Part shown: piece by piece, positions 17,037 through 28,400 of the stretch | Numbering within the stretch: the stretch's first letter is position 1 | How the letters are laid out: each line of letters starts with the position of its first letter | From: a virus | Lineage: Duplodnaviria > Caudoviricetes | Length of the DNA stretch: 64,000 bases | Direction: 5' to 3' (one strand) | Virus record (IMG/VR): IMGVR_UViG_3300036805_000167 | Span: 74,778 to 138,777 of that record | Program-made: the position numbers and the translations under genes | The notes under the pieces: generated by a model | The model's input: only the letters and a program-made list of their open reading frames with translations | What the model was told of the DNA's origin: nothing | Databases searched by the model: none

Positions 17037-17494
17037 CGGTCACCATCCGCTGTCAGTCGTCGTGCCAGCTGCAACAACCGCCACTGAGCCACCCATCGAT
17101 CGAGCAACCCTGCTGCCTGCGCCAGCAATAGAGCAGCGACGAACAGGTAGGCCCCGTCGTGACGCGACGGTTCCCAGAACTGGGAGCCGACCGCTACTCC
17201 GTAGAGCGTCGCGGCAGAGGCCAGCAGGGGCAGTCCGACCAGTTCACCGGCCCAGCGCCTCACGATCATCCCTACTGAACAGATCAACCCACCTGCGATG
17301 AAGAACGACGCCCAGACGTAGACCATCCACGATGGGACGTTCGCGGCCACGGCGTTGGACGGGAAGAACAGCGCGGCGAGCCCGCCCCCGGAGAACGCCA
17401 AGTACATGACGTGCGGCAGGAGGGTGCGTCGGTCGCGGTGATCTTCGAGCGTCTCCGTGTGCTTCCCTCGTTCGGGGTAGTGGAAGAGGGACAC
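17033..17494 (-). CDS. Four-TM membrane protein
   Basis: Four hydrophobic segments. Confidence 0.7.
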   Translation of the reverse strand: MSLFHYPERGKHTETLEDHRDRRTLLPHVMYLAFSGGGLAALFFPSNAVAANVPSWMVYVWASFFIAGGLICSVGMIVRRWAGELVGLPLLASAATLYGVAVGSQFWEPSRHDGAYLFVAALLLAQAAGLLDRWVAQWRLLQLARRLTADGDR

Positions 17495-17576
17495 GGTGGT
17501 CAGCCTAAGAACGAGCGACGAGGCACTATCACTCTACGTGGGCGAGGTCAATGCTCTGAGTTACTCCGGAGGAGTA

Positions 17577-20500
17577 CTACATTCTGTTGTAAAACAGACT
17601 GCTCAGGACGTCCGGAGGGACGGGGGCCGCGTTGACGTCGACAGCCATCCCCGAGTAGGTGACCCCGGCCGAGGTGAACTGCAGCGCGTCAACACTGCCG
17701 CCGAGGACAGTGCCGCGTCCGAAGGTGGGGTTGGTCGCCAGGATGTCGTCGAACACCTTGCGAGGATTCTGGGCGGGGTCGGTCGTCGACGAGATCCAGT
17801 ACCTGGAGTTAATTAGCCGCAACCCGGTGGATGCGTCGATCGTGGCAGCGCCATGACTCGGCGCGTACCCCTGGAGGTTGGTGTAAAGCATCGTCACCGC
17901 GATGCCCGCCGAGTTGAAGGCAGCCAGGACCGCCAGCAGGTTGGACCAGGTGCCGCCGCCGTCCTCCCAGTCGAGCATCACCGGCGTCGTCGACGTGATC
18001 ATCACGTCGCCGCCCCAGTTCGGGTTGTTCGACGAGACGCGCGTCGGGTAGGCCATCCCCCCCGCGAGCCAAGAGCACTGCGCGCCGCCGAGTGCATCGG
18101 CAGCTCTCGGCGCGGACAGCACGCCAGACGCGACCCCGGCCGAACCGACCCCGGTGTCCCAGTAGTGCAGACACTCCGGGAACGACTTCGGATAGTTGAT
18201 AACCACCTTGTAACGCTGCCCAGGGGTCAGCGTGATCGGCGCCGAGAAGTACACCCGCTGCTTGCCGGTCCCCGAGAGCGGGAACGTCATGACCGGCGAG
18301 ACCGCGGTACCCGAGGTCGCCGAGTTGGCGCGCCAGAGCTGCCCAGTGACCCCGGTGATAGCGGTGGAAGGCCGGTCGAACACCAGGCCCGTGCACTGCG
18401 CAGAAGCGCTGACGCGGAACTCCGTGCCCAGAGAGTAGGGCCCGTCGCTACGCACCGAGTCGACCGGCAGGTCGTCCGGGAACAGCATGCGTGACTCGGT
18501 GTCCAGCACTGCCTTGCAGCGGCTGGCCTGCGCCGCCGGGGACTCCGTGCCACCGACGTACCAGTACCCGGCGAACGTCTCCGACCACGTGGGCACACCC
18601 CGAGAGGTGGACAGCGCCGTCGACCAGTAGGGGTCGATGGACGCGCCGTAGACCGAACCGGCGTCAGTAGTCCCACCCCCCTGACCGATCTTGGCGACGT
18701 GCCCGGCGTAGCCGGTGTTCGCCACTCGCTGCAGGTCGATCGGCGTGCCCTGCTCCCATTGGTAGTGGCTGGTGTCGATGTAGAACGACCAGCCGGTCGG
18801 CGCGAGGGCCTGCACCGGCAGCGGGCGCACACTGATCTGGTCGTTGATCCCGTTGGAATCCAGGGTGCGGTGAGTCTTGACGACGATCCCGATGACCGGG
18901 GTCGACTCCCCTCGGAAGTGCAGGCGCGCGACCATCCCCACCTGAGTGCGGGGATTGCCGCGCACCGGAAGGTCCTCGAGGACGCTCACCGGCTCAGCCA
19001 TCGCCGCCAGCAGCTCCTGCGCGACCGAATCCAGCACCCCCGGGGTCTGACGCCAGTCGGAGGTGTTGAGCGAGAGCGCGCGGGGCGAACGGTACTTCGC
19101 GATGGACGCCTCGTTGCGGTACTCCTCGACGTGATCGGGGAGGGTGATCATCGGCCAACCACCGATGTGCAGCGCCGGGTCGCCAGGCTCACCTGCGAGG
19201 TTCGCGACGTTGGCGTCAGAGCCCAGGCGCACCGTGGTCGAGCTCGAGGTGTTGTTGACCGTGAGCAGCATCTTCCGCGGCCCGGTCTGGCAGTAGGTGA
19301 CGACAACGATGTAGTTGTTGACCTCTCCCGTCCAGTTGGTGCCGTAGGAGTAGGTCCAACCGTGGGGGATGTCCCCGGTCCACTGCGGGAGCGGGTTGGG
19401 CGTCGTGGTCTGGTCGTCGAAGTAGTACGGGACCGTGCCACCCTGGCGGCCCGCCGCCCCCCACGGCCAGTCGAGCTCGAACTTCGAGATACCCGGGGGG
19501 CAGACGAACTGCAGCGCGTCCTGGGCCTGCACCACGGTCTGCCAGTCCCCCGAGTGGTACTTCGGGGTGGACGTGTAGCCGATGACGTTGCGGATCGAGT
19601 CCGACGAGATGGTGTAGGCGACGTCGGACAGGTTGGTCTCGACGTCGATATCAACGTCGACCGCCTCCGAACGAGAGTCGGTCCGCGGTCGAAAGAAGTA
19701 CCGCCCATCAGGGGTGAAGCCGTGCACCCCGAACTCGGCCTGCACGGCAGCCTTGAGCACCTCCCACGAGTCGGCTGCAGCGACATCGGGTAGGTAGAGG
19801 AGCTCGTTGTTGCCGCGGGCGATGTCAGCCTGCGGAGTGAAGTACTCGCCGGCCTGCCACTCCGCCAGCGACGGTGCGTCGTACTTGACCCACGCCTGCA
19901 GGTTGGTCCACCCGCGGAACATCTGGCCGTTGACCTGCAACGTCGGACGGTAACCGTGGGCCGGAGTCGTCGAGGGGATCGCGAGGGTGTAGGTGCGAGT
20001 GACCTGGTCGACTCGGACAGTGATGACCAGGCTGGTCGCCGAGGCCATCCGGAAGTGCAGCCCCACGAAGCGCCAGCTGGGGGTCCTACCGGTGGGGATG
20101 TGCGGGGTCGAGTAGACGTTGTTCGCGCTGGTGCTCAGCCCGGCATAGATGTCGCCGTTACCGAAGCCCGACAAGAACAACCTCGGGTACTGGTTGTCGT
20201 CGTTGTCCGAGACGATGTCGCCGGGGCGAATCTGCAGGATGCGGTTCTCGAAGCTGGCGCCGAGGTTCATGTAAGACCCGATGTGCAGCCAGCACGACAC
20301 GCCGACGCCGTAGCCCGCCGCGAACTGGAACGGCGCGTTGTAACCGTCGGTGATGCCGTAGAACTCCTGGTAGCCGACGGTGCCACCGGTGGAGTTCTCC
20401 GGCGTGCCGAGCATCCCGAAGGGGTGGTTGTCCTCGGTCCACAACCCAGACTGTGGCCCCGTCCCGTAGATCGAGATGGGGGCACCGTTGAACCCGATCT

Positions 20501-21401
20501 CAGAGGCGAGACCGCCATGTCCGGTGCAAGAGATGATGGCGTCTTCGCGCGGCGGGGGGCTGGCGTAGATGCTGTTCTGACGCAGGACGAAGTCCACGAC
20601 CCACTGGGTGTTGATCGTCAGCGCCCAGGGGCGGCGCACGGCGTGGGTGACGAACTCTGCGTACGTCGGCAGCGTGATGACCTCACGGATGCGCTCCGAA
20701 GGGTCCACGGCCTGCAACTGGACCGACTCGTCGGCCTCGCCCATCCGCAGCGAACGGATCGGGCCGGTCAACTGGCGGTAAGTCTTCTCGCCGGCGTCGG
20801 TGAGTAGCCCCAGCTCGAACCGCGCGGTGGGGGTCACCAGAGTCTTGCCGTAGAGCGGAGAGTCGGGTCGGTACGGGGAAAGCTCCTCGGCGAAGGTGAG
20901 CTCAGCACCATCGCGGCGCCCACCGAGCTGGGCGGTCAGCGTGCCGGTGGCGTAACCGTCGACCACGCCGGACTCGTCGGGGAGCTCCCCGGTGATGGAC
21001 CGCTCAACCTCCACCGAACGGATGGTGTCCGAGAGGTCGGACGCGATACCCGTGAAGTCCTCGTCGGTCCAGTCGACCTGCAGTGACCACGCGGGCCACC
21101 GCTCCGGGCGCCGCTCGGCCTCATCGAACTGGGCGTCAGTGATGACCGGGATGACGATGCCGCCGAGCGCGCGGGTGGAGGCGATCCCCGGGTGACCCGG
21201 CCAGGACTTGATCGGCCGCCCAGTAGTGACTCCGGCGCCCGCCGTGCTCGGCTGCGACGCCGCCGTGTACCCCTTGGCGCCGACGCCATGGGTGCCGCTC
21301 GAGCCGACGAGCCCGTGCCCGACCAACGACGACTTCGACCAGCTACCGCCGGTCGCGACCGCGCCGGCAGTGGCCGCGATAGACCCTTGATAGGTCGGCA
21401 T
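17577..21401 (-). CDS. Large minor tail protein with C-terminal GH25-like domain interrupted by a DUF4082-like domain
   Basis: Tail-hub-like N-terminal part. IDTSHYQ...AKIGQG...GYWY...AQA, then SLGTEFRVS...NWGGDV, then VMLDWED...LQFTS...VDVN. Confidence 0.8.
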   Translation of the reverse strand: MPTYQGSIAATAGAVATGGSWSKSSLVGHGLVGSSGTHGVGAKGYTAASQPSTAGAGVTTGRPIKSWPGHPGIASTRALGGIVIPVITDAQFDEAERRPERWPAWSLQVDWTDEDFTGIASDLSDTIRSVEVERSITGELPDESGVVDGYATGTLTAQLGGRRDGAELTFAEELSPYRPDSPLYGKTLVTPTARFELGLLTDAGEKTYRQLTGPIRSLRMGEADESVQLQAVDPSERIREVITLPTYAEFVTHAVRRPWALTINTQWVVDFVLRQNSIYASPPPREDAIISCTGHGGLASEIGFNGAPISIYGTGPQSGLWTEDNHPFGMLGTPENSTGGTVGYQEFYGITDGYNAPFQFAAGYGVGVSCWLHIGSYMNLGASFENRILQIRPGDIVSDNDDNQYPRLFLSGFGNGDIYAGLSTSANNVYSTPHIPTGRTPSWRFVGLHFRMASATSLVITVRVDQVTRTYTLAIPSTTPAHGYRPTLQVNGQMFRGWTNLQAWVKYDAPSLAEWQAGEYFTPQADIARGNNELLYLPDVAAADSWEVLKAAVQAEFGVHGFTPDGRYFFRPRTDSRSEAVDVDIDVETNLSDVAYTISSDSIRNVIGYTSTPKYHSGDWQTVVQAQDALQFVCPPGISKFELDWPWGAAGRQGGTVPYYFDDQTTTPNPLPQWTGDIPHGWTYSYGTNWTGEVNNYIVVVTYCQTGPRKMLLTVNNTSSSTTVRLGSDANVANLAGEPGDPALHIGGWPMITLPDHVEEYRNEASIAKYRSPRALSLNTSDWRQTPGVLDSVAQELLAAMAEPVSVLEDLPVRGNPRTQVGMVARLHFRGESTPVIGIVVKTHRTLDSNGINDQISVRPLPVQALAPTGWSFYIDTSHYQWEQGTPIDLQRVANTGYAGHVAKIGQGGGTTDAGSVYGASIDPYWSTALSTSRGVPTWSETFAGYWYVGGTESPAAQASRCKAVLDTESRMLFPDDLPVDSVRSDGPYSLGTEFRVSASAQCTGLVFDRPSTAITGVTGQLWRANSATSGTAVSPVMTFPLSGTGKQRVYFSAPITLTPGQRYKVVINYPKSFPECLHYWDTGVGSAGVASGVLSAPRAADALGGAQCSWLAGGMAYPTRVSSNNPNWGGDVMITSTTPVMLDWEDGGGTWSNLLAVLAAFNSAGIAVTMLYTNLQGYAPSHGAATIDASTGLRLINSRYWISSTTDPAQNPRKVFDDILATNPTFGRGTVLGGSVDALQFTSAGVTYSGMAVDVNAAPVPPDVLSSLFYNRM

Positions 21402-21886
21402 CAGCTCACCGAGTCGCGCCAGAACCCGGACGCGTCGAAGGCGTAGGTCAGATTCGACCCATCGAGGATGGCTGGCCAGTCCAGCCACACCAGCGGAACG
21501 ATCGCGGAGTTCGCCGAGCCCGCAGTCGGGGCGTAGCAAACCCCGAGCTTGGCCAGCTTGTACGGCGTGGCACCCCCGCCCGAAGTCCCTGCCGTCGACC
21601 AGGTCGGGTTGGTGATCGCCAAGCTGACCTGGGTCGGCGAGTTGGACGGCGTGATCGTCACCGACGAGTAGGACTTGCGGGCGTAGGTCGTCCCACCCGT
21701 CCAGGCAGCTTCCTTGTTAGCGCTCACCGCGAGCACGTCCGCGAGGGTCAGGCGCGTCACCAGGGTCGAATCGGCTTCCACGCCGTTGGCGAGGATCACC
21801 GCGAGCAGCACGCCGGTACCTGCGTTGACCTGCTCGCAGTAGGACCGGGCCCGCCCCAGGGAGGCGAGAGTGGCCTTGTCGCTCAT
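21401..21886 (-). CDS. Minor tail protein
   Basis: YARK, W..AG, DGSNLT pattern; lies within the tail operon. Confidence 0.7.
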   Translation of the reverse strand: MSDKATLASLGRARSYCEQVNAGTGVLLAVILANGVEADSTLVTRLTLADVLAVSANKEAAWTGGTTYARKSYSSVTITPSNSPTQVSLAITNPTWSTAGTSGGGATPYKLAKLGVCYAPTAGSANSAIVPLVWLDWPAILDGSNLTYAFDASGFWRDSVS

Positions 21887-21902
21887 GGGTGTCGTCTCCT
21901 GG

Positions 21903-22922
21903 TCAGGGGGTGGTCTCGGTGAGTAGCAGAGCGGAGTCCCGTAGCCCGTAAAGCCGGTACGTGGTGGTCCCCGGGTCGGTGACGACGTACGGCGCGCCGC
22001 CGCCGGGCCACCATCCGCCGGAAAGGTCCTCCGGCGCGCAGTCCCCTTGCCAACTGCCCATGTTGGTCACGCCGCCGCTGGTCAGGGACCTGATCTGCCA
22101 TGCGGTGGTGAACACCGAACCGGCAACGGCTGCCTCGTCGGACACGGTCAGTCGGGGGGTGAGTGACACTGCCCCGTGAGTGCCGGGGTCGACCTCCAGC
22201 ACCAGCCGTTGCCACACACTCGAAGACAATACTGCCTGCTCAGGGCCGGTACCGTCGGCGTAGTAGGGGGAAGCGGTGCCATCGGCGGCGTACTCGGTCC
22301 ACGCGAGCTCGACAGGCAACCCGGCGACACCGACCACCCAGCAGGACAGCTCGAGCGGACCCTCAGCAGGGACGGCTGGCAACTGCCAGCTGCCGTCGCT
22401 CGCGTCGCCGGTCAGATACATGGTCCCGGGGCCGCCGGAAGGGCGCTGCCACTCCTGGGCGCCGCGCAGCAACGGCGCGGGGGGCAGCGTGGTGCGGTCA
22501 GAGGGCAACGACTTGAGGTCCCGGTAGGACAGCCCCCCGGCGGTGATGGCGAACCCGTCGGTGGAGCGTGCACGCGAACCACCGGAGGCGACCTGCTCCG
22601 GTAGGCGGTTGACCTCGTGCGGATCGATCAGCCGCAGCGGGTCAGGCACGAGGCCGTGCGACAAGGCATGTACGTAGGGCATGTGGGCGGGTAGCAGGTT
22701 GGCCCACCCCCAGGACCAGGTTCGCTGATATCCCAGAGTGTCGCGCCACTGCCTGCCGGTCAGCGACGTCGAGGAGCCGCCGAGGCGGGCATCAGCGACG
22801 GCGACGTCGGAGTAGATGTTGGGCAGCGGCCGCAGCCAACCAACCGACCCAACCCAGAAGGTGATGCCTTCGCTCTCGCCGCTGAGCAGCGACGAGGAAG
22901 GTGCTGCTCCGGGATAGGTCAT
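21903..22922 (-). CDS. Distal-tail-like minor tail protein
   Basis: Position in the tail operon; ATGA coupling at 22922; Trp-rich. Confidence 0.6.
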   Translation of the reverse strand: MTYPGAAPSSSLLSGESEGITFWVGSVGWLRPLPNIYSDVAVADARLGGSSTSLTGRQWRDTLGYQRTWSWGWANLLPAHMPYVHALSHGLVPDPLRLIDPHEVNRLPEQVASGGSRARSTDGFAITAGGLSYRDLKSLPSDRTTLPPAPLLRGAQEWQRPSGGPGTMYLTGDASDGSWQLPAVPAEGPLELSCWVVGVAGLPVELAWTEYAADGTASPYYADGTGPEQAVLSSSVWQRLVLEVDPGTHGAVSLTPRLTVSDEAAVAGSVFTTAWQIRSLTSGGVTNMGSWQGDCAPEDLSGGWWPGGGAPYVVTDPGTTTYRLYGLRDSALLLTETTP

Positions 22923-25444
22923 CAGTACACCCCGATGAACGGCATGGGAACGTCGACGTTCCCCGCGGCTGGCGTGAACGACGCAGGCAGGGTGGTGGTC
23001 ACGCCGGCGATGGCCTGGACGCGGTAGTTGCCGGTCGTGGTGACCGCCCCGTTCGAGATCTTCCAGGCGTAAGACGCCGCTGGAGGCGTGGCGACGCACT
23101 GGAACTTCGGGTTGGTGCCGGTGAACTGGTGCACGAGACCGACGTAGACGAACCGCCCGGCTGTCTGTGCCGCCACGGGGGCCGACAGCGCCGCGGCCTG
23201 CGCTCCGAGCGTCGTGAACAGCGCGGGGGTGTCGGCGGTGGAGGCCGCCAGAACACCCGCGTCGGTGTACACCGCGTAGCGGTTCACGGTCCCCGACCCC
23301 GCGGTCTGCGCCACCGTAGTCACGTAGGCGACCAGGCCGTTGATCGGTACGTTAGCGGGAATCCACAGACGATAGAGCCCGAGACGGCTCACGGTCTGAG
23401 CTGTCGCGCTCCCGACGCAGACGTCCGGGTGGACCGTCGCGGCGCTCAGCCCGTACTCGGCGATCGGGTACAGCCCGGAGTGTCCCGCCGTCAGCGTCGG
23501 CGCGGAGCGCACCGGAGCCGCCGTGACGCCCGTCGCCGAGCCGACCATCGGCGATACGACCAGGCCGGAGCCACCGAAGATCGCAGTGGTCGCAGCGAAC
23601 ACATACCCCGAAGTGATCGTCACCGGGTTCGCGCCGGGGGCGTAGACGCCGTACTGGGGCGAGGTCACTACCGGGGTGCCGCCCGGACCGTTGGTGTCGT
23701 TGTGGTCGTCGTCGACACCGGGGTAGACCTGCAGGTTATCGACGATCACCGGCATGGTGGCGGTCGCCGCCACCGAGAACCCGGCGTACCCGCCGGCGCC
23801 GGCGCCGGCGTTCCGGCCGTCACGGCGGTTTACCACGCCGGTGAACTGCAACGCGCCGGCGCCGGTGGCGTCGACGTAGATGCCGTTGTAGCCGTTGCGG
23901 TCGGTGGTGATCGACGAGACGATGCAACCACCCGAGCCCTGCCCGGAAGCCCAGTAGCCAGAGGTGAACAGGATGCCGCTCTGGCCGGACCACTCCGCGC
24001 GGCAGTTGGCGATCTGGCCGTTCATGAAGCCCTGGATGCTGAACCCGCTGTTGGTTGCACCGAGGGAGTTGCAGTCGACGATCGTCGAGTCGGGGACGTT
24101 GACGAACGTGTAGCCGTTGTTGCCCGACGCCTTGGCGAGACAGCCGACCAGTCGCAGCGACTGCGGGAACTTCGACGTGTCGGTGGTGCCGGCGCCGAAC
24201 CAGAACGACGTGTCCTTGGCGGCGTTCACGGTCACGTATTCGAAGCGAGCCTCGCGTACCAGCCCCGCGACCTGAATGCCCTTGGTGCCTGCCGGCGTGT
24301 TCGTGCCATCCAGGGTCAAGTTCCTGATCCGCGCGCCGACGTGGTCGTAGGTGCGCGCCGTCTCGTCCTTGCCGCGCAACCGCAGGATCGCGGTGCCGGT
24401 GTGCGAGGACAGTGGGCGGATGACGCACGGACTCGTCGGCGACGTGGCGTACGGGATGGTGTCGCCGTGGACACCTTCGATGGTGACGTTCTCGGGGATC
24501 TCGATGGACGAGCTCGTTGCGTAGATGCCTGACGGGAACCACACTCGCCCGCCGGGCGCTGCCAGCGCTGCCGCGATCGCCGAGTTGATTGCGGCGGTGT
24601 CGTCGGTGGTGCCGTCGCCGAGCGCGCCGTAGGCCTTGACGTCGTATGCCAGCCGAGTCAGGCCCGGCACGGTCGGCGCCGCCGCAGTTCCTCCCAGAGC
24701 GCCGGCGAGCTGCACGACACCCCTCGAGGTCGTAGTGGCGTCCGAGACGGTGCCGCCACCACCACCGGACACCGTGGTCGGCACGTAAGCAGTGCCGTTC
24801 CAGGCCGGGACCTGCCCGGGGCTGGGCGCGCCTCCGGCGTAGAGGTTCCACGAAGCGGCGGTGCCAGCCGCGGTGTACCGCGCGTCGAGCTGGGCGAGCG
24901 GCAGGTCGTCGGCGAGGATGAGCCACACGTGGTTGGTGGCGTTGTACTGCGCCAGTGCGCCCTGGCCGGGCAGTGTCGCCGAGACCGACGTGACGCCGGA
25001 ACCAGGCTTGGTGAACACGTCGGTGCCGCTGCAAGCCACCGTCAAGGCGTTCCCGGCGGTGGTCAACTTCCAGCCCAGCGAGGTCCCGTCAGGGGGGCTA
25101 CTGGGCAGAGTCAGTACCACTGCGGCGGAGCTCGTGTCGACCGGGACGTACTCCCCGGCGTTGACCGTGTAGGCCGCGGTCTTCGTCGCGGTGACGGTGT
25201 ACTTGCTCGACGAGGTGGTCGGCACATAGGCAGTGCCGTTCCAGCTCAGCACCTGACCGCTGGAAGGTGTCCCGCCGCCGTAAAGACCCCACGTGCCGTC
25301 TCCGCCACCGCCTGCGGCGATACCAGCCTCGATGTGAGTCAGCGCATCAGCGGTGACCGGGGTGGCCGACCTGCGGATCAGCACGCCGTTGGCGTCGTAG
25401 AGACCGTCTTCCCACGGGATGGGGTAGTACGGGCTGTAGGTCAT
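22922..25444 (-). CDS. Tail spike with right-handed beta-helix (Pectate_lyase_3-like)
   Basis: YDVKAYGALGDGTTDDTAAINSAI...VWFPSGIY followed by NG-rich beta-helix repeats; duplicated W.LY.GG.PS.GQV..WNGTAYVPTT. Confidence 0.85.
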   Translation of the reverse strand: MTYSPYYPIPWEDGLYDANGVLIRRSATPVTADALTHIEAGIAAGGGGDGTWGLYGGGTPSSGQVLSWNGTAYVPTTSSSKYTVTATKTAAYTVNAGEYVPVDTSSAAVVLTLPSSPPDGTSLGWKLTTAGNALTVACSGTDVFTKPGSGVTSVSATLPGQGALAQYNATNHVWLILADDLPLAQLDARYTAAGTAASWNLYAGGAPSPGQVPAWNGTAYVPTTVSGGGGGTVSDATTTSRGVVQLAGALGGTAAAPTVPGLTRLAYDVKAYGALGDGTTDDTAAINSAIAAALAAPGGRVWFPSGIYATSSSIEIPENVTIEGVHGDTIPYATSPTSPCVIRPLSSHTGTAILRLRGKDETARTYDHVGARIRNLTLDGTNTPAGTKGIQVAGLVREARFEYVTVNAAKDTSFWFGAGTTDTSKFPQSLRLVGCLAKASGNNGYTFVNVPDSTIVDCNSLGATNSGFSIQGFMNGQIANCRAEWSGQSGILFTSGYWASGQGSGGCIVSSITTDRNGYNGIYVDATGAGALQFTGVVNRRDGRNAGAGAGGYAGFSVAATATMPVIVDNLQVYPGVDDDHNDTNGPGGTPVVTSPQYGVYAPGANPVTITSGYVFAATTAIFGGSGLVVSPMVGSATGVTAAPVRSAPTLTAGHSGLYPIAEYGLSAATVHPDVCVGSATAQTVSRLGLYRLWIPANVPINGLVAYVTTVAQTAGSGTVNRYAVYTDAGVLAASTADTPALFTTLGAQAAALSAPVAAQTAGRFVYVGLVHQFTGTNPKFQCVATPPAASYAWKISNGAVTTTGNYRVQAIAGVTTTLPASFTPAAGNVDVPMPFIGVY

Positions 25445-28400
25445 CGTCGCACCAAGTCCTTCTGGCCGGTGGCCACCACACGCGCCAGCCCCGTCGCAGA
25501 GATGGGCTTCATAGCTTCCGAGATGCCCTGCTGAATACCAACCGCCACGGCCGAGACGATCGCATCATGATCAGGTCCCGAAGCGGACTGCGCCGCTGCC
25601 GGACCCCCCGGCTGCGCTGTCGAGCCGACATCCCGAACAGTGGTCGAGGTGATCTTCGCAGTGTTGGTGCGCGGCCTGATCGCGGTCACATGTGCGTTGC
25701 TGGGCAGGAACCCGGGCCGGTCCAGCATCTGCGCAGCGATGTTCATGATCGGCGAGAGCGACCTGACCAGATAGCCCTGGCTCTTGCTCATACCGTCGGC
25801 CAGGCGCTGAACGATCTTCCCACCGGAGATCAGCGGGTCACCCTTGCCTGAGAGCGGACCCTCCTTGGCGGGCGAGCTCGGGAACTGCGCCTTGATGCTC
25901 GCGGCGATCCGCGCGGCCGCAGCAGTGGCCTGCGCGCCGGCAGCGATCATGCCGGCGGTGAGCCGCTGGATCAGCGTCTGCCCGGCGTTGTACATCGCGC
26001 CGTCCTGCGCGTTGATCGCCGCCACGGCCTGCGTGGCGGTCCGCTGCGCAGACTGCACAGCTTGCTGACCGCCTTGATCGAAGGCCTGAACGATCTTCTG
26101 CCAGGTCTGGGTGACGATCTGGACCATCTGCGTAGTGGCCTGGGTGAAGTTCTGCACGATCGCCTGCAGGGCCTGGCGCACCGTGTTCGTCGCCGCGGTC
26201 ATGTTCGTCGTGAATGCCGCAGCGATAGCGACCAGCGCCGCAGTGACAGCGGTCTGCGCGCCGGTAACCGCAGCCGACGCCCCCGCCATCGAGGCCTGCA
26301 TCGCCGAAGAGAACCCGGCCGCGGCGGTGTTGGCGCTGGCGAACCCGGTCTGCGCGGACGTGGCGACCTGTGACATCGAGGTTCCGAACGCCGCCACCGC
26401 CGGGCCGATCGGCTGGGTCAGTGCGTTGCCGATGTTCGTGCCGCCCTGCTGGGCCGCAGCGACTGCCGGGTCCAGAGCACCGGAGACTGCTCCGGAGGTC
26501 GGATCGAGCGCAGCACCCACGGCCGCAGGCGCGGGCGCCACCGGTTGCGTGGTGTTGTCGTGGATGGCCTTACCCCCAGCCTGAGCAGCAGCGGCGGCCT
26601 GGTCCAACGGTGGCTTGACCGCACCGGGAACCTGATTGAAGATGCCGCCGACCTGGCCGGGCACCGGCTGGACCCCACCCACAGCGGCGGCGCGGACCTG
26701 CTCCATCGTCTGCTGCGCAGCGGGCACCGCCGGCCCGAGATGCTGCACGACCTGGCTGCCGGTGGGCTTGAGGTCGATGCCGATCTGCCCAGGGATCGGC
26801 GCAGCTCCGGCGTGGGCAGCGTTCTGGGTGGCCAGCAGTTGATCCTGGACGGTCTTCGGTAGCCCGGCGAACGCGTCTTGGGTGATGCCTTGGACCTGCG
26901 ACATCGGGCCCTTGACGTTGTCCGGGATCGCCTGCGCCCCGGAGTTGGCGTTGGCGGAAGCCTGCGCCAGCTGCGTCTGGATGATCTTAGGCAGCTGGCT
27001 GAACTGCGCCTGGGTCAGTCCCGGCATCGTCGAGATCGGAACCTTGACACCGTCGACGATGCCTTGTGCGCCAGGGACAGCGACGCCCTTGGCGGTCAGC
27101 AAGGACTTCTGGATGTCCGGCGCGAGCTTGTTGAACTCGGCCTGCGACATCCCCGGGATCTCCGAGATCGGACCCTTGATCGCCTGCTGGAGCTGCTTGG
27201 CGCCCTGCCCGCCGTTGGTCGAGGCCTGCCCCAGGGTCTGCTGAACCTGGGGCGGCAGCTGATCGAACTGCGCCTGGGTCAGTCCTGGGATCGTCGAGAT
27301 CGGGACGACGACGCCGTTCACGATGCTGTTGGCTTGCGCCTTCGCGGTCTGCCCCGCGGTCCCCAGCCCCGTCGCGATCGAGTTGTTGATCCCACCCATC
27401 GACGTGCCCACCTGGCCTGGCAGCGCGTTCATCGGCTGCACGACACCGGTCTGCAGGTACTTATTGAAACCGTTGAGCGCTTGATCGCTCTGGTCGCTGA
27501 AGTTGGACATGTTCTGCCCGGCGTCGCTGAACGAGCTCCTGGCCGCGTTCTGGAACTTGTCGAACGCGCCGCTGGTCAGGCCGATCGCATCAGTGACGTA
27601 GGCGAAGCCAGCGACGAGGCCGTTGAGCACTCCGGCGATGGAGTTGATCGCGGCGGCCACCAACTGCCCCAGCGGGACCAGGGCCTGCAGGAGCTGCGCG
27701 ATCGTCGTCAGCACAGGAACGAGAAGTCCGAGGATCGGCCCGAGGGCAGTGAACACGTTGCCCAGTGCCTGGACGATCGGTGTCAGCCCTGACGCCGCCG
27801 CGCTCAACCCGTCGCCCAGCAGCGTCGCGACCGCATCGATGACCGGCTGCAGCGCGGTCATCGCCGACTGCAGGGCACCGCCGATGGCCTGCGCCAGCGA
27901 AGTGATCGCCGGCATCGCCGTCTGCAGCGCCGAGGCCAGTGCGCCGCTGATGGCGTTGGTAACCGGCGAGATCGCCTGCACCACGTTGGCCAGCACGGTG
28001 ACCAGGTTCAAGAAGATACTGCCCAGGCCCTGCAGCGTCGGCGTCAACGACATCGCTGCGTTGCCGATCGCGGTGATCGCGGAGGCCAGCTGGCCGTTCA
28101 GGGCGGCACCGAGCTGGATGCCCATCGCGGTGAGCTGGTTGAACACGCCGAGCAGCGATTGCACCACCTGGACCAGCCCGGTGAACGCCTGCTGAATCTG
28201 GGGGCCCGACCGGTTGATGATGTCGTCGAACTGGGCCGAGAACTGCGAGATCACATCGGCGAGCTGCTTGAGCGCAGGCTGGGCCAGCGCCGCCAGCTGC
28301 AGGAACGCGTCGGTGATGCTGCCAATGGCGGGCGTCAGCGCATCGATGAAGCTCTTGGTGCCCTGCAGGATCGTGTTGATCTGCTGGGTGCCCCTGGCGG

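Noticed and set aside
7830-25444. Diversity-generating retroelement or invertible tail-fibre switch
   Set aside because: No reverse transcriptase or invertase seen, and no template/variable repeat pair noticed.
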